A DNA stretch of 64,000 nt, taken from contig CAZUNO010000013.1 of NCBI GenBank assembly GCA_964621445.1, forward strand, positions 1 through 64,000. The letters run 5' to 3'. The stretch comes from Candidatus Hadarchaeota archaeon. Its GTDB lineage: Archaea > CAYQAE01 > CAYVLA01. This document shows positions 57,335 to 64,000 of the stretch, piece by piece; the first letter of the stretch is position 1; the number at the start of each line of letters is the position of its first letter. A program made the position numbers and the translations under genes. A model generated the notes under the pieces. The model was given only the letters and a program-made list of their open reading frames with translations. It did no database searches and was not told the origin of the DNA.

Positions 57335-58819
57335 ATGGCCATTACCAAACAAGCAGCAGTAGTATTTCCACATCAACTTCTTGCAAGCCACCCGGCCCTG
57401 GATTCCAAAACAGAGGTCTTTGTATGCGAGGAGAAGAGATATTTCACCGACTTTCGCTTTCATAAGAAAAAGCTGGTTTTTCATAAAGCCTCGATTTTGG
57501 CATACATCGACTACCTTAGGGACCGTGGGAACCAGGTCCACTTTGTTCCACTATCCGATAGAACAACCTACGATCTCCTTGGGGCCTTAGAGGCGGAAGG
57601 AATAGAAATAGCCCTGGTCGCTGATATTTCGGATCACCTCCTAAATTCAAAATTGTATAATCTCTCCGATAAGCACGGCATTTTGATCAAGGAGCTTGAG
57701 ACCCCCTCCTTTCTTACCTCAAGGAGATGGATAGAAGAAAAAATGGGTGGAAAAGACAGTTATCGGTTTACCGAATTCTACATTGAGAGGAGAAAGGAAC
57801 TTGGAATCCTAATTGAAGGTGAGCAACCGGCCGGTGGAAAATGGACATTTGACACCCAAAACCGCAAGAGCTTGCCTAGGGACAATTCCGTTCCCCAATT
57901 ACCGTCCGTTACCAGGGCCCCACAAGTTTCCACGGCTATCGATTGGGTGGAGGACAAGTTCCCGGAAAATCCAGGAACGGTAAACCCCTTCAATTTTCCC
58001 GTTACACACGAAGACTCCAGGGCCTGGTTTGAATCCTTTCTCAATGAAAGGTTGGCCTTATTTGGGGATTACCAGGATTCCATTTCCGGGGAAGGACCCC
58101 TGCTCTTTCACTCTTTGATTTCCCCCCTGTTGAATATCGGACTGCTGACACCAGGAATGGTCATATCCCGAACCCTAGAATTTGCTGAAGGGCATGACAT
58201 CCCGATCAAATCTCTGGAGGGTTTCATTAGACAAATCATCGGCTGGAGAGAATATGTCAGGGCAATCTACATGCTTCGCGGAGAGGAGCAAAGAAATTCC
58301 AATTTTTGGAATCATTCTCGACCTCTGCCAGATTCCTTCTATGAAGCGAATACTGGTATCGATCCCGTGGACCTCGTCCTGAAACGGGTATTGGATTCGG
58401 GATATGCCCATCACATAGAGCGTCTAATGGTGCTAGGTAACTTTCTTCTGCTGTGCGAGATACGCCCCGAGGACTCCTATAGATGGTTCATGGAGATGTT
58501 CATCGATGCATATGACTGGGTCATGGTTCCAAACCTCTTTGGCATGAGCCAGTATGCAGACGGTGGGATGATGACCACAAAGCCCTACATATGCTCATCC
58601 AACTATATACTGAAGATGAGCGATCTCCCCTCGGGAGACTGGTGCAAGTACTTGGATGCATTATTCTGGAGATTTGTTGACAAACACAGGGAATTCCTCA
58701 GGAAAAACCCACGCACAGCTCTAATTGTTAGCAATCTACAAAGAATGGACCAGGACAGAAGGAGGGAACTGGTTAAAATGGCTGATGAGTTCCTCGAGAA
58801 ATTGGACCAGGATATCTAG
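57335..58819 (+). CDS. Cryptochrome/photolyase family protein (DPRP/PhrB-like (6-4) photolyase, lacking Fe-S cysteines)
   Basis: FPHQL, HKKKL, GGKWTFD..NR, FGDYQD, LFHS..S..LNIGLL, EGFIRQIIGWRE, YAHHIERLM, DAYDWVM.PN..GMS.YADGG...TKPY. Confidence 0.9.
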   Translation: MAITKQAAVVFPHQLLASHPALDSKTEVFVCEEKRYFTDFRFHKKKLVFHKASILAYIDYLRDRGNQVHFVPLSDRTTYDLLGALEAEGIEIALVADISDHLLNSKLYNLSDKHGILIKELETPSFLTSRRWIEEKMGGKDSYRFTEFYIERRKELGILIEGEQPAGGKWTFDTQNRKSLPRDNSVPQLPSVTRAPQVSTAIDWVEDKFPENPGTVNPFNFPVTHEDSRAWFESFLNERLALFGDYQDSISGEGPLLFHSLISPLLNIGLLTPGMVISRTLEFAEGHDIPIKSLEGFIRQIIGWREYVRAIYMLRGEEQRNSNFWNHSRPLPDSFYEANTGIDPVDLVLKRVLDSGYAHHIERLMVLGNFLLLCEIRPEDSYRWFMEMFIDAYDWVMVPNLFGMSQYADGGMMTTKPYICSSNYILKMSDLPSGDWCKYLDALFWRFVDKHREFLRKNPRTALIVSNLQRMDQDRRRELVKMADEFLEKLDQDI

Positions 58820-58821
58820 CC

Positions 58822-60093
58822 TTACTCCTCTGGAAATATGACCCTTAGCACCCCGTCATATGCCCTTAGCTTCCCTAGGGCCCTTTCCGCCTCCTCAGAT
58901 GACAGTTCATCATCCATTTCCAATCTCATGAGCTGTTTAAGGTCCCCAAAGAGAGCATCGAACGAACCTTCAACATCGAGGTCATCATTCATGTGATGGC
59001 TGAAATCATCATCAAGCTGGGAAATAATTCGTTCCGCTCGCTCATGGCTTCCTTTCCCATTCACATGTTCAAGCATTGATACAAATCTTCTGAACCTGCA
59101 TAACCTCCCGGCAGCTCTTTCCAGGCCTTTCTCGGTAAGGTCAAGGGGTGAACGGTAATGTCCGCATATAAGGAAGAAACGGATTTCCTCTGGAGAGTAT
59201 CCATCCGCCAGCAAATCATCAAGGTATACAACGTTTCCCTTGCTCTTTGACATCTTATCCCCATCCAGAAACAGATGTTCCCCATGGAGCCAGTAATTTG
59301 CATACCTCTCGCCGGAAAGGGATTCAACGATAGCTATGGTATAGTCATGGTGCCGATATAGATTGTCAATACCGCCACAGGCAATATCTATGCGGTGACC
59401 TAGATGCTTGATTACCATGGCAGCATCCTGAATATTCCAGGAAGGACGCCCCTTTCCGATATCCGTATCCCAGTATACCTTATCTCCTTCCTCATAGCCA
59501 TGCCACAGGATAAAGTCCCCGCGGTTCCATCTCATTCCTGGATAGGTGTCTTTCTTGAATCTGATTTTCTTATCTGGCCACCGACTCATATCTAGTCCAT
59601 AGAGCTTTCCGAAGTCATCGAATTTCAGCGGGTCAAAGAAAACGTCGCCCCCGTGCCAGTATGCGTAACCGTCATCAATCAGCTGCTTTGTTATCTCAAC
59701 GCATTTGTCAACCGTCTCCGAGGCCCTCGGATTGACGCTCGGTTCCGCTATATGAAGCGTTTTGGCATTGTTGTGGAATCGCTCGCTAATGCCACCCGTT
59801 AACTCCCAGAGGGAAACTCCCTTCTTCTCGGCCTCCTCCATGGCCTTGTCCTCTACATCGGTAAAGACCAATACACGTTCTGCCTCATATCCAAGGAACT
59901 CGAGATATCTCTGGAGTATATCCTCGTAAAGAAAGGTTCGGAAATTGCCTATATGGGCTCTCTGATAGGTGGATGGTCCACAGGTAAACATCTTGACCTT
60001 TCCACATTCCAGGGGTCGGAATGGCTCCTTTCTATCATTAAGAGTGTTCATAAGATTAAGCACGGTGTGTGCTTGTTCTTTCTTCTCGTCCAT
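58822..60093 (-). CDS. Cysteinyl-tRNA synthetase-like protein (atypical paralog)
   Basis: CGPSTY..AHIGN.R, TDVEDK, DF.LW, GRPSW, GG.D, KMSKSKGN, HYR, MNDDL; no C-terminal anticodon-binding domain. Confidence 0.8.
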   Translation of the reverse strand: MDEKKEQAHTVLNLMNTLNDRKEPFRPLECGKVKMFTCGPSTYQRAHIGNFRTFLYEDILQRYLEFLGYEAERVLVFTDVEDKAMEEAEKKGVSLWELTGGISERFHNNAKTLHIAEPSVNPRASETVDKCVEITKQLIDDGYAYWHGGDVFFDPLKFDDFGKLYGLDMSRWPDKKIRFKKDTYPGMRWNRGDFILWHGYEEGDKVYWDTDIGKGRPSWNIQDAAMVIKHLGHRIDIACGGIDNLYRHHDYTIAIVESLSGERYANYWLHGEHLFLDGDKMSKSKGNVVYLDDLLADGYSPEEIRFFLICGHYRSPLDLTEKGLERAAGRLCRFRRFVSMLEHVNGKGSHERAERIISQLDDDFSHHMNDDLDVEGSFDALFGDLKQLMRLEMDDELSSEEAERALGKLRAYDGVLRVIFPEE

Positions 60094-60288
60094 GCGGGCG
60101 GATTAAAATGGTAGAATAAATAACTTGAAAATTGCTCCAGAAACTGCGTGGTGTTGTCACCACCGATCCATCATACGAGACGGGGCCTGGATAATAGATG
60201 AATAGGTAAGTTACCGCTAACTAATCAGCCTTCAAAATTACGAGACCGAAAACCGTTATATTCAGCACACAGCGAGAAATAGAATGGT

Positions 60289-61638
60289 TTGTACAAACCG
60301 AACCTCCTCCTTATAGCCGTTGACAGCCTTAGAGCCGACCACATGAGCTGCTATGGTTACCACAGACTAACAACTCCTCACATTGATGGCATCGCTTCCA
60401 AAGGACTGCTCTTCGAAAATGCATTCAGCCCCCATATACCGACAATCCCTGGATACACGGCGATGCTGACAGGTACCGATGTTATCTCAAATCAAGCGGT
60501 AAGTCTAGCACCGGAAAGCCCCTTACCTCCATCAATCAAATTGCTGCCTGAGATTCTAGGGACTAAGGGCTATGTATCCGCATGTGTCGGTTTTGACGAT
60601 TCATTCTTCCGAGGATTTGATACTTACAGGACCTATGAAATGTGGAGGTCCTGGGAAGACGCTCCCGCCAACAAAGCCGAGAATCTAAACAAGGAGGCAA
60701 TTTCACTCCTGGAATCAATGGCAGGCCAACAATTCTTCCTGTTCCTACGGCATATGGACCCTCATGCCCCATACCTACCGCCACCCCCCTTTAGAGACAT
60801 GTTTTACGGGGACGACCCATGCAATCCGGAGCTAGACACAATGGGATCTGTACTAGATAGAAAGTCCTTCGGTGATTTCTTCAAATCCTGGATGCCCCCT
60901 GATATAACCGATATCAACTGGGTCGTGGCACAGTACGATTCCGCTCTAGCCTATATGGATGTCTGTATCAATAGCCTTATTACAAAGCTCAAGGAACTGG
61001 GCGTCTTAGAGGACACCCTAATCGTAATTACCTCGGATCATGGCGAAACCCTGACAGAGCACGGCATATACTTTGATCATCATGGGCTATACGAACCAAC
61101 AATCCATATTCCGTTAATACTGCACTTTCCGGGCAAGATTCCCCCCGGCGCAAGGAATACGGAATTAGTGCTCCAGCAGGATCTCGCTCCAACCATATTG
61201 GATCTAATGGGGAGTAAGGAAGAAAACGATGAATCTCATATGGACGGGAGGAGCATGAGGTCACTACTAGAAGGAGGGGAAACGGTAAGGGATTCAGGCT
61301 TCTACATGACGGAGTGTACTTGGATGAGAAAACAGGGCTGGCGTACGTCTCGATACAAGCTCATACAGGCACTGGAAAATGACCTTTACGGACTTCCTTC
61401 CCTGGAACTCTATGACCTCAAGGAAGACCCTCAAGAAATGAACAATATTGCTCATGAGAGGCCCGAGATTGTTGAAATTCTCGCCGAGAGGATGGACAGG
61501 TGGAAGGCTAGAAGAATGAGAGAATCGGGGAAGCCCGACCCCATAGCAAATTCGAGACCGTCCTTTCTCGCATCAGGCTATCACTTGCCAGGCCTAAAAT
61601 CGAAACGCCGCAAGCAAGCCAACGATGATAAAAAATAA
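60289..61638 (+). CDS. Sulfatase-like / alkaline-phosphatase-superfamily hydrolase (Thr at nucleophile position)
   Basis: PN.LLI.VDSLRADH, TTPHID, PTIPGYTAMLTG, DPHAPY, TSDHGE, ELYDL..DP.E. Confidence 0.87.
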   Translation: MYKPNLLLIAVDSLRADHMSCYGYHRLTTPHIDGIASKGLLFENAFSPHIPTIPGYTAMLTGTDVISNQAVSLAPESPLPPSIKLLPEILGTKGYVSACVGFDDSFFRGFDTYRTYEMWRSWEDAPANKAENLNKEAISLLESMAGQQFFLFLRHMDPHAPYLPPPPFRDMFYGDDPCNPELDTMGSVLDRKSFGDFFKSWMPPDITDINWVVAQYDSALAYMDVCINSLITKLKELGVLEDTLIVITSDHGETLTEHGIYFDHHGLYEPTIHIPLILHFPGKIPPGARNTELVLQQDLAPTILDLMGSKEENDESHMDGRSMRSLLEGGETVRDSGFYMTECTWMRKQGWRTSRYKLIQALENDLYGLPSLELYDLKEDPQEMNNIAHERPEIVEILAERMDRWKARRMRESGKPDPIANSRPSFLASGYHLPGLKSKRRKQANDDKK

Positions 61639-61720
61639 GTTTGACCAAAAAAACATATTGGTCACTGGGATGAAAACTGAGGTACCCATTTATCACCCAA
61701 AGATATCTCAAAGTGACTAG

Positions 61721-62800
61721 ATGACCATGACACCACGAGAAAGGTTCCTTAAGGTATTCCATTTTGAGGAAGTCGATCGCGTACCTGACTGTGAATTCGG
61801 GTACTGGGTAGATACCCTGGACCGATGGCACGGGGAAGGGCTGCCAATGTGGGTTACGGATAACCATCTCGCCAATCTCTACTTCGGTTTCGAGCAGAGG
61901 CGCAATGTCCCCATTCATATTCCATTCCGAGAATTCCAGAGAGAAATACTTGAGGAAAACGACAGGTATGAGGTAGTTCGTGACCAGAAGGGAGTCGTCC
62001 AAAAAAGATGGAAGAAGGGCGTATCCAACTCCATACCCAGCTTCCTCGAATTTCCGGTTAAGGACAGGGAGAGCTGGGAATCCTATAGGGATCGATTTGA
62101 CCTGGATGGAATTAGAAAACCGGAAAACTGGGAGGAATTGAAGGACGAGTGGGAGAACCGTGACTATCCTCTGGGAGTGGGCGGTGGAGGATTCTTTGGC
62201 TGGATACGGGGCATGATGGGCGTTAAAACAGCGGTACGTACATTCTACTCTGACCCTGATCTGGTAAAGGATATATTCGACTTCAGGGCCAAGATGATGC
62301 GCAGGTCGGTTAAAGAAGCCGTATCAGAAGTTGATATTGATTTTTCCTCCTGGTGGGAGGATATGTGTTATAACAGCGGCCCTCTCATCTCCCCCAAACT
62401 ATTCAAGGAGTTCATGGTGCCCCAATACAAGAAAATCACCCGCGTGCTTTACGATCACGGGGTAGATATCAATTATCTCGATTGTGATGGCGATATAACT
62501 GCCCTGGTTCCTCTCTGGATTGAAGCCGGGATAAACTGTATGTTTCCCCTGGAAATTCGTGGAGGGACCGATCCTGAGGGTCTACGTGAGGAATACGGAA
62601 GAAATGTCCTCCTCATGGGAGGAGTTGACAAGGTGGCACTGGCAAAGGGTAGAGAGGCTATTGATGCCGAGATCGAAAGGGTTAAGCCTCTGGTGGAGGA
62701 CGGGGGATACGTTCCCCATGTCGACCATAGGGTTCCTGCAGATGTAGGTTACGAGGATTACATCTACTATGTCAAGCGTAAAAGGGAACACTTGCTTTAA
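61721..62800 (+). CDS. Uroporphyrinogen decarboxylase-family (MtaA/CmuA-like) protein
   Basis: MTPRERF...DRVP, WEDMCY..GPLISP, DCDG, GGVDK, GGYVP..DH.VP. Confidence 0.82.
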   Translation: MTMTPRERFLKVFHFEEVDRVPDCEFGYWVDTLDRWHGEGLPMWVTDNHLANLYFGFEQRRNVPIHIPFREFQREILEENDRYEVVRDQKGVVQKRWKKGVSNSIPSFLEFPVKDRESWESYRDRFDLDGIRKPENWEELKDEWENRDYPLGVGGGGFFGWIRGMMGVKTAVRTFYSDPDLVKDIFDFRAKMMRRSVKEAVSEVDIDFSSWWEDMCYNSGPLISPKLFKEFMVPQYKKITRVLYDHGVDINYLDCDGDITALVPLWIEAGINCMFPLEIRGGTDPEGLREEYGRNVLLMGGVDKVALAKGREAIDAEIERVKPLVEDGGYVPHVDHRVPADVGYEDYIYYVKRKREHLL

Positions 62801-62817
62801 TTTCTGGGGAAAACCCC

Positions 62818-63126
62818 TTAGGGAGAATCAACCTCAACGGCCACCTCATTTTTCCTTAAAAACCACGGCACGTAAGGGGCGTTGTAAAGCATGGAGAATA
62901 TGCCTTTGGCACCGAGCTTCATGGTTGGTACGAAGTAATGCAATTCGCTAGCGGTCATGGGAACCTTATCATTTCGCCTATTGCCTCCATTTATGAACCT
63001 GAAGAGGATATTAAAGGCATCGTCCTTCTGACCTTCCACCTTAGCAATTATTAGAGGCGGATATCTTCTTATCTCAATGTCCCCGAGTTCCCGGATTTTA
63101 GAGTAATTTGCCTGCTCTACCACGTT
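62818..63126 (-). pseudogene. SOUL heme-binding family gene with an apparent internal deletion
   Basis: N-terminal VEQANY...EIRRYP...AF..LFRFI.G.N...VPMTA joined almost directly to C-terminal YNAPY.P.FLR.NEV; the central part expected in the family appears absent. Confidence 0.55.
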
Positions 63127-63401
63127 ACTGGGCCCAGGATTTTTGAATATATAGTTACCCAAAATCTTGGTAAAGAAACGATCCATGTCGATGGGTAAAG
63201 GTGTAGAACCTATTCCCACCGGCTATCGGGAACTAGTTTTTTGTATCTCTCGAGCAGATCGCGGTGATCCCCATTCAGAAACAGGATCACCCCCTCCTGC
63301 TTTGAGGTTTCTCCAGGCAATATCTCCTTTATGGACAGGTCACACCTCATTAGATATCTTCCCGAAGAAGATGGTAGGGAAAAAAAGAAAAAAGAGAGGA
63401 T

Positions 63402-63878
63402 TCACTCATTCTCTACCGGCAGCGCCTCTTCCGAGCTTGGGTAAACCCGCCTTAGGCCGATTCGATACTTGTCCTCTCCCAGCTTCATGCCCCCAACGAA
63501 GGCCTTCCTCTTGTGAAGGTATCTTCCCCGCAGGGCACCGGTCCGCTCTCCATCCTTGTACAGAACGCCATGCCATACGCCGTTCTTATCTCTGCGGGCG
63601 ACCAGGTCGTGTGTATCTCCATCAAAAGATAACTTGCCCTTGGCCCTACCCGCCGCTACGAATGCCCTGACCTTGACCTTTGGAAGACATTCAACGGCTT
63701 CGGTGGTTGGCTCCGCCCCGCAGGGCTCGGCGCGACCCAGGAAGAAGACCCACCTCCCCTTGATCTTCTCCGAGGTTTTTTCAATTTCTTCTTTCGGCTC
63801 GTTGACCTCGACGGCGAATGCCAGCGTTCCACACAGGGCGACCAACATGACCGTCAAGGCGGTAATTTTCTTCTTCGT
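63402..63878 (-). CDS. Hypothetical secreted beta-rich protein (start codon anomalous)
   Basis: Signal-peptide-like TKKKITALTVMLVALCGTLAFA; a GAGGTGA RBS precedes an in-frame TAG at 63879-81; T-rich tract downstream. Confidence 0.55.
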   Translation of the reverse strand, partial: TKKKITALTVMLVALCGTLAFAVEVNEPKEEIEKTSEKIKGRWVFFLGRAEPCGAEPTTEAVECLPKVKVRAFVAAGRAKGKLSFDGDTHDLVARRDKNGVWHGVLYKDGERTGALRGRYLHKRKAFVGGMKLGEDKYRIGLRRVYPSSEEALPVENE

Positions 63879-64000
63879 CTAAATCACCTCGCCGTTGAGA
63901 GAGCCCGGAACGCTACTTCTGTGTTGGGCGGAATCGGACGGAACGCCTCGGGACCAAAACCGGATGATAACATTCCCTCCGCTCAAAATATATTGACGAT

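Noticed and set aside
63253-63301. Hairpin GGTGATCC...GGATCACC as an ncRNA
   Set aside because: A single 8-bp stem with no recognisable RNA family features.
63167-63882. Plus-strand ORFs of 167 and 108 aa
   Set aside because: Antisense shadows with no recognisable motifs; the same applies to the many short antisense ORFs across the window.
1-64000. CRISPR arrays, rRNA, transposases, integrases, defence systems, systematic stop-codon recoding
   Set aside because: No regularly spaced repeats or mobile-element motifs seen; conserved genes are uninterrupted and end at expected positions with all three stop codons.

Overview
Gene-dense (~50% GC) chromosomal segment of an anaerobic, probably heterotrophic archaeon, inferred from RadA, Orc1/Cdc6, archaeal-type LeuCD/B (or AksDEF) and an HTH_10 regulator. 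From left to right: (1) an Fe-S/metal-cluster locus (Mrp/ApbC, DUF5320, a degenerate DtxR-like regulator, radical SAM, NifB/NifX, a fused double P-loop ATPase-ferredoxin, DUF134) with a recurring CATATG-centred palindrome upstream of several genes; (2) an ABC exporter, an Fe-S aldo/keto reductase and an EtfB-EtfA-FAD dehydrogenase (LctBCD-like) operon; (3) a glycan/glycolipid-degradation-like region (ceramidase-like, Thr-type sulfatase-like, DUF4091, anaerobic sulfatase maturase, a 1242-aa secreted protein with an IPE-CTERM tail, GH9, Gfo/Idh/MocA oxidoreductases, TIM-barrel isomerase); (4) three copies of an unannotated two-gene membrane-anchored module; (5) housekeeping genes (prs, hisG, mtnA-like, cdc6, radA, leuCDB-like); (6) a second ABC exporter, DNA repair genes (EndoIV, UDG, Fe-S-less photolyase), a C2H2-finger cyclophilin, a CysRS paralog with a remodelled Zn site, a second Thr-type sulfatase-like gene and a degenerate SOUL gene. 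No rRNA, tRNA, CRISPR array or mobile element was recognised. All family assignments come from motif recognition by eye, not from database searches.
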